64,000 nucleotides of DNA from positions 1 through 64,000 of the IMG/VR virus record IMGVR_UViG_3300018933_000001; one strand, 5' to 3'. The notes beneath the pieces were generated by a model. The model was not told the DNA's origin. It searched no databases and saw nothing but the letters and a program-made list of their open reading frames with translations. Numbering within the stretch: position 1 is the stretch's first letter; every line of letters starts with the position of its first letter. This stretch comes from a virus. The position numbers were made by a program, and so were the translations under genes. This document shows positions 20,141-30,870 of this stretch, piece after piece.

Positions 20141-21817
20141 TTATTCCACTACATATCCAGCTATTGTTTTACCCTCCACACTTTTCCGAGTTGGTTTAAT
20201 CTCAAATACTTTCTCTACGTCGCTAGCCTTAGCTTTCTTATCCATTCCTAAGTCTTTATATAGATTACTTAAGATAATCTTTATGTCTTTAGAACTATGA
20301 AATCCCGGTTGAAATTTATTTTTTATTTCTAGCAGAATAACATCTTGCGACCTACGATTATTTAATTCAGTTCTTATCTTGCTAGGTTGGAAACATAATC
20401 GTTTATAATCATCTTTAACCATTAAGTCTTTACTTTCTTCTATTAAAGAACACAACTTACTAGCAGCTTCCAAATCAATAGTTCCTTCACAATAAGCTTT
20501 GATAATGTTCTTAGCATTCTTAGTTACCATGAAGTTTAGTTTAAGAGACTTGTTAGCTGCTAACTCAAATCTATTACTGTTTTCGTAGAAGTTATTAATA
20601 GATAATCCGTTCTTATAAACTTCTATTACATCTTTAAAGATTCTCTTCTCTAGTAGAACTAATAGCTCATCGAAATATACTACTCCATCGTCATTAATAG
20701 CTAAATAACTCTCATCAGTAAATCCTTTAGCTAAAGCTTCTTTCTCTTCATTAGTCCCTTTATTGTATAAACTCAACCAATGATTAGTAGTTTTAGTTTT
20801 AGTCTCTACTAAAGAATCAAACTCTTCTTTAGTCATTAGTAGAGGATTTTCATTAAAGATATGGAAGATAATACTTCTAAAAGGATTAGTCTCAGTTCGT
20901 ATTCTTCCAGCTACTTGATAAATATCCGTATCAATAGAAATTAATGTATTCTTATTTCTGTTGTTAGATATTACAAATGCGACTCCTAAATCTGAATAGA
21001 TATCGACTCCTTTAAATGCACAAGAAGTAACAAAGTTAAACATTTTCTCTGGGTCGTTAGGAGTAGAGATATCATAATCTCCTAATTTCTTCTTATTCTC
21101 AGGAGAGTTACTACAAATGATTCTACATTCACTAGATAGCATTTCTGACTTATCTAGTATTTCCCTAATCATAGTTACAGAGTTGACATAGAAATAAGCA
21201 GTTTCAGGTTTATGGTTGTTAATGATGTCCATAGTACCTGTTCTATATTTCTCAATAATACAAGTAGCAGCATAAAGAGGCCGAGATGTTTGATGGGGTT
21301 CTACTTGTACTGGAGTTATGTTCTCCCATTCAAGTTCTGTGTAAGGTAAATTGACTAACTCTTTAGGTAAGAATTCCTTATCAATTGGAGTAGCAGATAT
21401 ATAGCTTACTAATGGAAAAGATATTAGAGTTGTTAGTAGAGAGTTAATAGCTTTATTTCGATACGAATACGCATCAAGTAAATCGCTAAACTCATCTATT
21501 ACGATATGGTAAGAAGGACTAATTAGATTAGCTACTCGACAAAAGCTATCGTAAGTAACCATTATTTTAGGAACTTCTACTTCCTTGAGATAGTTAGATA
21601 TATCTTTAGTTGAGATACCTGAGTAAACTCCTAATATGTTTTTTTGTCTTCTATTATTGGGATATTGAGCTACTTTGTTCTTAATCATTGCTACTGTAGG
21701 AACTACTAGAACTAAGGGTTCTGAGTTCTCTAAAGCAAATGAAGACATTCCACAGCCAGTAATCTTCTTATCTACTATTCCAAGAGGGATTGAATAGTAT
21801 TTATCCGAGTAATACAT
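20141..21817 (-). CDS. Superfamily-2 helicase-like protein, possibly origin-binding/replication initiator
   Basis: KKITGCGMS (Walker A variant), VLVVPT, VTYDS, IVIDEF, ISATP, TSCAFKGVD and QVAGRIR. Confidence 0.8.
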   Translation of the reverse strand: MYYSDKYYSIPLGIVDKKITGCGMSSFALENSEPLVLVVPTVAMIKNKVAQYPNNRRQKNILGVYSGISTKDISNYLKEVEVPKIMVTYDSFCRVANLISPSYHIVIDEFSDLLDAYSYRNKAINSLLTTLISFPLVSYISATPIDKEFLPKELVNLPYTELEWENITPVQVEPHQTSRPLYAATCIIEKYRTGTMDIINNHKPETAYFYVNSVTMIREILDKSEMLSSECRIICSNSPENKKKLGDYDISTPNDPEKMFNFVTSCAFKGVDIYSDLGVAFVISNNRNKNTLISIDTDIYQVAGRIRTETNPFRSIIFHIFNENPLLMTKEEFDSLVETKTKTTNHWLSLYNKGTNEEKEALAKGFTDESYLAINDDGVVYFDELLVLLEKRIFKDVIEVYKNGLSINNFYENSNRFELAANKSLKLNFMVTKNAKNIIKAYCEGTIDLEAASKLCSLIEESKDLMVKDDYKRLCFQPSKIRTELNNRRSQDVILLEIKNKFQPGFHSSKDIKIILSNLYKDLGMDKKAKASDVEKVFEIKPTRKSVEGKTIAGYVVE

Positions 21818-21827
21818 GAATTTTCTC

Positions 21828-21885
21828 TGTTACTTTTTTTCACCGATATTGTTATTATAACGTTAAAAGATACGAAAAAGTAACT
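21828..21885. repeat. Right copy of the inverted repeat; contains the helicase gene's likely -10 (TATAAT on minus strand, 21854-21859)
   Basis: TGTTACTTTTTTT...ATTATAACGTTAAAAGATACGAAAAAGTAACT. Confidence 0.75.
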
Positions 21886-21964
21886 TTAGCTAAAATAATT
21901 CTTATTAAGTCTATGAGAAAAAACTAAGAAAATGCAACTAGATATCTACTACTCTCTACCTTCT

Positions 21965-21975
21965 TGTGTTAGAAT
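21965..21975 (+). promoter_or_regulatory. Extended -10 promoter TGTGTTAGAAT
   Basis: Matches TRTGnTAnnnT; 25 nt before the ATG at 22000. Confidence 0.55.
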
Positions 21976-21999
21976 CAAGTAAATCAACTATTAGAAGCT

Positions 22000-22368
22000 A
22001 TGATTAATCAACCTGAATTCAAAAAGAAAAAGTTATATAAGATTAATGCTAAGACTCAACAGTTAGTAGGAATTGGTGAGTTAGTTAAAGATAGGTCTGA
22101 AGGTGAATATTTAGCTTATCAAAGAGCAGCTTGTATTTTAAGAACTGATAAATGGAATGATGCTAAAGAAGATTTGTCTAATGTCAATATCTATTTACCT
22201 GGTTTCTATGTATTAAGAGGTAAAGTTCCTGTTTTAGTTAGTTTACCAGAATTAGAAAGTAAAGAAGTAATTCATCCTGCTTACTATAAATATAAAGAAC
22301 CTAGTGAAGTAATTGGTTTTAGAGATACTCAAGATAATATGTGGTATTACGATCAATATCTTAGATAA
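22000..22368 (+). CDS. 'YDQY' paralog family member
   Basis: N-terminal KLYK...VGIGEL and C-terminal IGF...YYDQYL. Confidence 0.65.
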   Translation: MINQPEFKKKKLYKINAKTQQLVGIGELVKDRSEGEYLAYQRAACILRTDKWNDAKEDLSNVNIYLPGFYVLRGKVPVLVSLPELESKEVIHPAYYKYKEPSEVIGFRDTQDNMWYYDQYLR

Positions 22369-22373
22369 AAAAT

Positions 22374-22781
22374 ATGAAAGTATTTGTATTTGGTAATGGT
22401 AACATCCCGTTTTATAGCTTCATGGGTGATTATGAAGATTACTTAAGACGTTTAATTGGTGAAGATGTTCACTTTATAGTTTGTGATTTTAGAGGTGTAG
22501 ATACATTAACTATGGAATATCTCAAGACTGAAACAGAAAATGTAAGTGTTTATTATATAGGAGAAAAACCTAGGTATCTTCCAGATAAATTCAATACTAA
22601 AGTTTCTAAATGGGGAAATAAAGGTGGATTTAAGAGTGATAGTGAAAGAGATTTGGCAGCAATAGAAGATTGTACTCATTTCTTAGCTACAGATTTTAAT
22701 TCAGATAATAAGAGAGTAAGTGGTACTAAGAAGAACATTGATATGTGTTTGAGTTTAGGTAAAATCCCTATTATAGATTAA
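22374..22781 (+). CDS. SLOG-superfamily (YspA/DUF2493-like) nucleotide-binding protein
   Basis: MKVFVFG, FIVCDFRGVD, RDLAAIEDCTHFLA and SGTKKNI. Confidence 0.55.
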   Translation: MKVFVFGNGNIPFYSFMGDYEDYLRRLIGEDVHFIVCDFRGVDTLTMEYLKTETENVSVYYIGEKPRYLPDKFNTKVSKWGNKGGFKSDSERDLAAIEDCTHFLATDFNSDNKRVSGTKKNIDMCLSLGKIPIID

Positions 22782-22803
22782 ATTCTATTAGTCCTTACAT
22801 TAC

Positions 22804-22814
22804 TGTGTTATAAT
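22804..22814 (+). promoter_or_regulatory. Extended -10 promoter TGTGTTATAAT (second copy TGTGTTATTAT at 23461-23471)
   Basis: Perfect extended -10 consensus. Confidence 0.7.
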
Positions 22815-22842
22815 ACTTTTATAATCAAAGAAACTAACTATC

Positions 22843-23448
22843 ATGGGTAAACATAACAAAGACAAAGAGTACGAACTATTTCATCCAGATTACGGAATAA
22901 TTTTAGGTACAAGAGAAGACTTCATTGAGTTAGAACCTAAATTGAGAAGAAGTTTACATCATTTAACTACTGGTAAGTTAAAGAGAGCTTATGGTTGGAT
23001 ATTGGCAGATAACTTAGGTTTAGTAAAGACTCCGTATACTCCAAGAAATAGAAATATAGCAAGGAAGTTCTATTGTCCTGAAGAAGGAGTAATAGAATTG
23101 ACTATATCTAAGTTTTATGAAAAATATATCAAAGAAGAAGGAGGTACTTATGTCAATGTATCTTCTTTATGTTCTGGAGTAATTAAGACTTTATATAACA
23201 GATGGGTCTTGGCTGAGAATAAAGATAAATATGATAACTGGATAAGAAAAGATAAAGAATTGACGCTAGGAAATAAGTCTAGATATGCAAAACCAATAAA
23301 AATAGTGGAGTTATCTCATCCTGATTATGGGACTCATAAGTTAAGTAGAAAAGAATTTATAGATAGATTTGGGTTAGATAAACAATGTCTTACTGATTTA
23401 GTAACTGGTAGAGCAAAGAGTCGTAAAGGATGGAATTTAGTTGGATAG
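22843..23448 (+). CDS. Homing-endonuclease-type DNA-binding repeat protein without nuclease domain
   Basis: Three 'HPDYG...L..G....GW' repeats, collinear with the C-terminal part of the GIY-YIG protein at 48492. Confidence 0.7.
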   Translation: MGKHNKDKEYELFHPDYGIILGTREDFIELEPKLRRSLHHLTTGKLKRAYGWILADNLGLVKTPYTPRNRNIARKFYCPEEGVIELTISKFYEKYIKEEGGTYVNVSSLCSGVIKTLYNRWVLAENKDKYDNWIRKDKELTLGNKSRYAKPIKIVELSHPDYGTHKLSRKEFIDRFGLDKQCLTDLVTGRAKSRKGWNLVG

Positions 23449-23501
23449 TCCTTATTCTGTTGTGTTATTATGGAGTTAATTAGTTAAGAGAAATTAAGTT
23501 T

Positions 23502-25605
23502 ATGAAAGTATACAAATACAATGAAGATTTAGGTAAGATGATTGAAATTGGGACTTTAGTCAATAATGAATTAATATTTAATGTAACGAAGTCTTGTTTT
23601 GATAATGACGCTATACGTTTTATTGACAGAGATAGATTTTTATATGGTCATGATATTTCGTTGTATAACTATAAATTTTTTATCAAACTAGATAACGGTA
23701 AGTGGGATGAAGCAAGACCTAATAATGTTATTCAAGTAACTACTGGGACTGAAGGCATTACTTATACTTTAGGTCATATTAAAGATGGAGTTGTTATATT
23801 TTATGACCAATACATTGGAGAATAAATAAATGTCAGATAAAATAGTAGATTGGAATTCCAAACCAACTGGTCATTGTGATGAAGAGGGAGTATGGGTAGA
23901 ACCAGATAAAGAAGAAGATTTAGTTAGATTAGCTATGACTAGGAAATATGAAGAAGATAAATCAATGAATAACTTTGAAGGCTATAAAACTATTTTTTTG
24001 GATATAAACAAAGAGTTAGATTATTTGTTTATGAATTATGGACAACTCCCTTTAAAGACTTTAAGTAGTTTAATAGATACGTTATCTGAACGAATTGCTT
24101 ATGATAAAGAAATTCTTAGTACCGATATGGAAGAAGTAACTCAAGTAGAACCAGTTGAATGGATTAAAGATATTCAGTTTATTAAAGAGCAAATGCATTA
24201 TATAGCTCAAGTTCTATCAAAAGAAGTTAAAGAAGTTGAATTAGATTTAGATGCTTTGGATACTTATGCTTATAAAGCTAAGATTCTACCTAACAATGAG
24301 ATAGAAATGGTGAAGATAGGTAAGATTGATAGTTTTGGTAAGTTGGAGTTATTTGCTGTTGAGACTTATCCGCCTATTGTTCCTAATTTCTATCAACCTG
24401 AGTTTTATTATATTGGCAGTGGAAGTACATCAACTAATGCACCAAGTAATAACTCTTGGAATAGATTAGTACATACAGTAACTCCTAGTTATAAGAAGTT
24501 TGTTCATAAGAATGTTATTAACCAAATAGTAATTAGTAAAGAAGATATTAAGTATTCTACTGGCTATATTAATGCTGATGGTATAGCTATTTACTATGAC
24601 CAGCTTCCTAAGATAGTAAAAGATGAGGTAAAGAAGAATGATTAATAAAGTCTCTGTTTATAAGAGAAATGCTTTTACTAATCAAATGGTTCCAGTTGGG
24701 AAGGGTAAAGAGTTAGATGGTATTACTGAAATAGATATCTTCTATCCTCAGAATAAGACTTTTAATAGCTGTAGTTTTCTCAATCTATATACTCCAGAGT
24801 TTTATAGTTATGAAGGAAATAGACAAGTTATTAATTATTCTGATTATTATTATTTTGATGAGAACTACAAAGAGTTAGATTCTATTAAATATTTAGATGG
24901 ATGGATTAGTCAGATAGAGTTTGATAAATATGTTGTGGGATATATCTTAGGAACTGGTGTTAATCCTTATAATGCTATGATTTGGCTTTACGACCAGTTT
25001 TTAGATAAAGAGATGTTTGATAAGCAAAGTCAAGAAGCTAAAAATGCTGCATCTATTAAAACTGTTTATGCTAATAAATTTGAGAGATTACATAAAGGAA
25101 GATAAATCAGATGAGCGATTATAACTATCTAACTTATTCTCAAGAACAACTAAATAGAGCAATTAAGTTATTAGACAATACTTCTTTGAAAGATAATCCT
25201 TATGCAATAGTAGAAGCTCTTGAGGCATTAGAAATATTAGCTAGAACTAAACCAATCTACAAGAAAGCTTACGGTACTGGTGAATTTGTTCAAGTAGGTA
25301 AGTTAACTGCTAAGAATGAAATTATATTTGATAAGCCTAAATCATCTCTTTATTCTACGACAAAGAATCTAGGTAGAAGTAGTAAAGTATATTATGCTGG
25401 ATGGTTCACTCTAACAGACTGGAATACTGAAGGAGATTACTATTCTTATTACGAGATAGTTAATAGACAAATGTTTTCAGAGATTCTTTATGAACCTAGT
25501 AAATACAGTGAAGAGATTGAGCTAGTTAACTGTCCGGTATTAGGATTTATGATGGGTGATTATCGAACAGCAAAAGTAGTATTTTATGACCAGTATTTAA
25601 CTTAG
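23502..25605 (+). CDS. Four further 'YDQ' paralogs (23502, 23830, 24638, 25111)
   Basis: Shared 'YK....(M/F)V.(I/V)G' start of domain and 'G......(Y/F)YDQ' end. Confidence 0.65.
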
Positions 25606-26396
25606 TTAAGTAGATGAGAGGAGGTTAACTGCTTCCTCTTAGTTATATAAGGATGAATGATTCGTTTGCTAAATGGTCAAGTGATATTAGAGGTAGATAT
25701 GAATAAAGATAAATATAAGATTATACGTATTGAAGATAATGATTGGTTAGTACCTAAACAGAAATATAAAGTATTGATTGATAAGTCAGAAGATAAGAAG
25801 GAGAAGTAGATATGAATGATTTAATAAACTTAATAAAAGATAAGAAAGTAACTGAGCTATATCAAAAGACTTCTACTAAGATGATTTCAACTATTAAGAT
25901 AGGTAGAGGACAGATACTATTAAGTCCTATTACTTATAATCTACCTTCTGAGTATTATGTTAGGAAGTCTAAGTATCCTAAACCTAAATATGAGTTAGTA
26001 GAACAATATAGTAACTTGAAAGAATGGGTTAAGTTATATTCTGAGACTAATGGGTTTTGATATGAATAAATTAGCTATTGAGTCTTTAGTAGAATGGTTA
26101 GAAAATACTATTGACGAGTATCATGTATATTTTGCTAACTTTATTAAAGGTATTCCATTAGAAGATGTTAGAAACTTATTAGCAGCTCTTAGTGATGTCG
26201 AGTTTAAAACTGATAATGAAACTTTGATGATTTCTGTTTGTTCTTTTATGTATTCAGAAGATAAACATTTAGCTCAAACTGCTGCTTCTTTTTTACTATG
26301 GTGTGGAGGTGATTTAGGTAGAGACTTTGTATTTCAAGAGCTATCTACTAAAAAGATTCCTCATGAACGATTAGTTAAAGGATTGACTGAATTGAT

Positions 26397-27277
26397 ATGA
26401 AAGATAATGAATATTCTTTTTTACAGAAATTAACTCCAGATGAAGTTAAAGATAAACTAAGACCCTTTATCGTTAATGGGAGGGAAGTATTTGAAAGAGG
26501 TGATTACTCATTAGTGTTTATTGATAGTAAAGAGACTGTTTATGCTTTACATTCTAGTTTGTTTACTGATGAAGAGGAAGAGTATTATTGGTGGGTAAGT
26601 GTAGATGTATTAAGTCTCTATCATGCTCATTATCCTGAACTAATTAAGGGAGATGACATTATTGCTCTTAAGATTAAGAACTTAGATGATTGTTATGTAG
26701 CAGTTCCTAGTAAGTTTAATTCTCAAGATTGGGAAGCTACCTATGTTTCTAGAAGAGGATTTTTTGATATTTTTCTTACAAATAAGAAGACTAATGAGAT
26801 TGTTAAATTAAAGTCGGGTATTAATTCTACTGCTCAAATAGCTATTGATTCAGCTTATAAATGGTTTAGGGAAAGAGAGTTGGACATTACAGATTTGAGT
26901 AATTGGTTAGTTGAGTAATTATGCAGTATATAGCAAGTTTTTTTAACAGTCCAAAGAATACTTATGGGTTACAGACTTTATCTACAGAAAATAGTCTAGC
27001 TCCTATTCGTGAGTATTTTGTTATGCCTATTGAGTTAATGGATTTATATACTGGATTAGGTGGCAGAATTACTACTAAGAAAACTGATGATGGTTGGATT
27101 GTTACTATTATTAGTTACAAAGATATATTGAGAACAGTTAGTTATTTACCTATAACTTTTAGAACGTTTGTAGGTAGAGATGAAGAGAAGATAAAAGATG
27201 AAGCTATTAGTTGGTTCAAGAAGAATAAGTTAGATATTTGTAATATTAATGATTGGTTAGTAAGAGATTCGTTATGA
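26397..27277 (+). CDS. Paralog pair; 26921 begins with a capsid-like N-terminus
   Basis: Shared C-terminus A..WF....LDI....WLV; MQYIASFFNSP versus MCP MSYVASFFNEP. Confidence 0.6.
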
Positions 27278-28095
27278 GTGAAAGTAAAAAGATACTAGAT
27301 AACTTAGATTCAACTATTAAAAGTATTTCTCAAAATCCAATAACTCAGTTAGATGAGGTAAATACTATTTTGCATATTTTTGCAGTTAAGGAGGAGATAG
27401 CTAAAACTACAGATGAGAAACTAAAGAAAGATTATCAGTGGTTACTTAATGAATTAGAGATACATCTTGAAGAGTTGAGGAGGAAGAGTGATAATAAGTG
27501 GTTAAGTTATAGTCCGTTAGAAGAAATTATTAATAAAGATTGTGAAAGAACACTTAGCAGATTTACTTTTTAGGAGATAAGAAGATGAAGAAAGCTATAT
27601 CGTATTTGTATCGTGAAATTTTGTTGAAAGTAGATGAGAAATTAGAAGGTTGGTATACATCTGAGTACGAGTATGATGCTAGATATAAAGAACCTATTGA
27701 AGACTTTCGTTCTGAGTTAGATAAAGTAAATATTCAAGATGCAAAGAACTTTGATGAGAAACTTTTAAAAGAATTGTATGAAGAAGCTACTGATGAAAGT
27801 TGGATTGAACAAGAATTAGAACTTATAAGTGATATTAAAAATGATTTGAGATATGGTGATTTTCACATCGGAGATGAAATAGATGAAGGTGCCTCTTTTT
27901 ATCCTAGTAGAGAAGTTGGGATAGCTATTACTGGATTAGATAGTTATTGTCTTGGATGGACTTACTATTTTGGAGGAGGAGATTACGGTTGTCCTGATGA
28001 AGTTGAATGGGTGGAAGATTGTTATTTACTCAAAGTTAGAGAAGTTGAAGAGACAAGAATAGTTAAAATTTATGAGAAAATAGAGAAGTAAACAA

Positions 28096-28932
28096 ATGAA
28101 TCCAGAAGAAGAACTAGAACTATTATTAAAAGTGTTGAGAGAACAACCCTTACCAAAAAATGGATCTAATCCAAATCAACAAAACATCTTAAAGCTAGAT
28201 GATAAAACTTTAAAAAAGCTAACTGATATGGTAGAAGTAAGAAGTGTTAATTTTAGTGTTGAAGAGAAACTAGATAAAATTATTGAGCTGTTAGAGAAAT
28301 TAGTACCTCAACCAGTAGTTCTTAATACTCCAATAACTGTTAAGAGTGAAGACGATAACAATGTTGGTATTGATATTAACAAGTCTTTATATGAGTTAGT
28401 TAATAAGGTAGAGAAAAGACAGAAATCAGTTGGAATAGGTCAAGAAGATTTTATTAAGAGATTGAATGAAATAGATTGGGATAAGTTAGTAAATTCTTTT
28501 GGTGTACTACCTGATAATAGTTTGGAGAATCAAGTAAAAAAGAATTTGTTACCTAAAGTATTAGTAGAGAATGAGAGAAAGAGAAAGTCTAGTATTTTTA
28601 CTCCTGATGGAAAGCAGTTCTGGGTATTTAAGAAAAAGAAAGAAAAGTTTGTAAAAGTAGGTACAGCAGAAATAGTAGGAGAGCCACCTATTGTACGTAT
28701 TACTTTCTTAACTGATTATAAGAAGGAGTATATAGGTAATCCTAGTAGTTATGAATATGGCTTTTGGACAATGACTGACTATGGTGGTAGTTCTTGGCTA
28801 GGTTATCAGAAGAATCTATTAGAGTCTTATCAGTTTAAATATAATTTTACTGAGCTTCCATCTCCTGAAGGTGTTACTGGATATTTAACTGATGAAGGTC
28901 GAGTAGTTTATTATGACCAGTATCTTGAGTAG
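28096..28932 (+). CDS. 'YDQY' paralog with coiled-coil N-terminal extension
   Basis: FVKVGT...GYLTDEGRVVYYDQYLE. Confidence 0.6.
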   Translation: MNPEEELELLLKVLREQPLPKNGSNPNQQNILKLDDKTLKKLTDMVEVRSVNFSVEEKLDKIIELLEKLVPQPVVLNTPITVKSEDDNNVGIDINKSLYELVNKVEKRQKSVGIGQEDFIKRLNEIDWDKLVNSFGVLPDNSLENQVKKNLLPKVLVENERKRKSSIFTPDGKQFWVFKKKKEKFVKVGTAEIVGEPPIVRITFLTDYKKEYIGNPSSYEYGFWTMTDYGGSSWLGYQKNLLESYQFKYNFTELPSPEGVTGYLTDEGRVVYYDQYLE

Positions 28933-28970
28933 TTGAAGCCAACGTGGCTCTTACTCTTCTAACTAAAAAG

Positions 28971-29003
28971 AAGCTCCCTAAGTTGATACTCGGGGAGTTT
29001 TAT
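28971..29003. terminator. Bidirectional intrinsic terminator
   Basis: AAGCTCCC...GGGAGTTTT between convergent genes. Confidence 0.7.
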
Positions 29004-29028
29004 TATGTTTATTTAGTTTATAAGCTTC

Positions 29029-29757
29029 TTATCTCTTCTTATTGTTTTTCATTTTTTTATAAGTTTTGTAACCTAATGCTCCTACTCCAGCTCCAAGGGC
29101 TGCTCCACTAGCTACCGGATTACGTTTAATTGTATTTCCTATCTTATTTAAAAGACCAGATTTCTTAAAAGGTATACTATTTACTTTTACTTTAGGAGCT
29201 GTTGCTTTTACACCTTTAGTAGCATTTTTTTCCCAAGAAGATTGTTCAAAAGGATTAAGAGTGGGTGTGGTAAGAGGAGTTTTATATTTACCTTGTCCGG
29301 TTACTTTATCCGCTTGATTTTGTAGCCTTCTAGTGATTGCATTAGCTTTATTAGTAGTTTGGTTTTTAGCACCTTGTTTAAAAGAGTTAGCTGATTTAGA
29401 ACTGAGTTGGTTTTTAGCTCCTTTTGTTTTTAATAGACCTCTTTGAGTAGTAGGTTTCATAGTTCTATTAGAAGAACCAGCCTTAGTCAACATTGCTTGT
29501 TTACCGGATGCACTTAGTTTTTGACTTTTAGCTATCCCCTGTTCTAAGTCTTTATATCCTTGTGACATAGGATAGATACCTTTACTAACACTCTTTTTGT
29601 TAATAGCTGTTGTTCTAGCTACGGCTTTACCTCTGGCTACTGATTCAGGAGAAAATTTTTGTTTCCATCTACTAGCAAATTCAGCTAATGATTCTTGATA
29701 TATTTCTGTTTGACCTGGAAAATTGAAGTTTGGCATGATTGTTGTATTATTCTTCAT
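29029..29757 (-). CDS. Basic putative internal head/ejection protein
   Basis: Leader ending LAEFA, very basic body, C-terminal GAALGAGVGALGY helix like 4534; coupled to terS. Confidence 0.55.
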   Translation of the reverse strand: MKNNTTIMPNFNFPGQTEIYQESLAEFASRWKQKFSPESVARGKAVARTTAINKKSVSKGIYPMSQGYKDLEQGIAKSQKLSASGKQAMLTKAGSSNRTMKPTTQRGLLKTKGAKNQLSSKSANSFKQGAKNQTTNKANAITRRLQNQADKVTGQGKYKTPLTTPTLNPFEQSSWEKNATKGVKATAPKVKVNSIPFKKSGLLNKIGNTIKRNPVASGAALGAGVGALGYKTYKKMKNNKKR

Positions 29758-30505
29758 CTTCTTCTAAATCTAAATCATTTGATAACTCATTGTCATTATC
29801 AGATTGATTAGGAATATTACCTCCTAAAGTCGGTTCATTATTGTTAGCTAATCTAGCCTGAACCTTTTGTTTTTCTTTGAGTAACATATCTAGTTGACTT
29901 TCTATTCCCTTACCTCCTTTTAATTTAGATATAGATTTAGCTTTGTCTTTAATTTTGATATCTTCTACTGCTACTTGTAATTGTTCTTCTCCTAAAATAG
30001 ATTTCTTGAGTAAATGTACTTCTTTGATGATTGATACTATATCTTTGATATCTCTTGGATTAATCTTCTTAACATCTTCATCTCCTAAAACTTCAGTGTT
30101 AGATAGTCCATCTTCATTGATGATAGTTCTAACTGAGATATTTTGGTTTCTGTCTGAGTCTATTAGATTTAAGTAGGGTTCTAGATAAGCATCTATTATT
30201 GTGTTTATCTTTCCTAGTTGTTTTAGTGTGTAACTAGAAGAGATTACGGATTCTCCAAAAATCTGAGTTACTTTATCTTCAGTTACTCTTCTTTTGAGTT
30301 CTATATCTAATCTGTTTTTGTCTTGTACCCATTTATCTTTATGACATCTATCAGCAAGAGTGTTGAAAGGAATCCCGTGTTTCTCTGCTAATCGTTTAGT
30401 TGAGTAAGGCTTTCTAGTTTCATTACCGAATTCATCAGTTACTAACTCTCCGATTATGTATTCTAGTCGGACAGCTTCCCAATCCCATTTTTTTTGATAT
30501 GCCAT
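29747..30505 (-). CDS. terS: Terminase small subunit
   Basis: WDWEAVRLEYI...STKRLAEKHGIPFNTLADRCHKDKW is typical of the TerS N-terminal HTH; helical middle region. Confidence 0.65.
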   Translation of the reverse strand: MAYQKKWDWEAVRLEYIIGELVTDEFGNETRKPYSTKRLAEKHGIPFNTLADRCHKDKWVQDKNRLDIELKRRVTEDKVTQIFGESVISSSYTLKQLGKINTIIDAYLEPYLNLIDSDRNQNISVRTIINEDGLSNTEVLGDEDVKKINPRDIKDIVSIIKEVHLLKKSILGEEQLQVAVEDIKIKDKAKSISKLKGGKGIESQLDMLLKEKQKVQARLANNNEPTLGGNIPNQSDNDNELSNDLDLEEDEE

Positions 30506-30748
30506 CTTTATGTATTCTTATGTGTATTCTCTCTCTTAAGTTTAAATGATTTTAGGTGTAGATAGAGACTTTTGTGTTTTGTGAATTTTTAATAGATTTT
30601 AGTCTTTATGTGTTTGAGGAGTAAATAACTCACACTTATAAGCTTATCTTATTCTCCCAGCTACACCTATTTACCCTACTAATATCTGCTTTCTCATAAT
30701 TTGCCCTTATCTCTCCCCTCTTCACTCATCACTACTTTTTATCCCCTA

Positions 30749-30776
30749 TTGACTAAGCTAATCAAGTATGTATAGT
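30749..30776 (+). promoter_or_regulatory. Sigma70-type promoter P1 (TTGACT-16-TATAGT)
   Basis: Consensus match. Confidence 0.55.
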
Positions 30777-30841
30777 GTATTTTAGCTCAAATAACTTGTT
30801 CTTATTAGTTCTCTTAATTATATTATATCAACTTAACTCCC

Positions 30842-30870
30842 TTGACTTGTATCTCTACTTATGCTATTAA
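30842..30870 (+). promoter_or_regulatory. Sigma70-type promoter P2 (TTGACT-17-TATTAA, with extended TG); divergent TGATATAAT on minus strand at 30822-30830
   Basis: Consensus match with a weaker -10. Confidence 0.45.
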
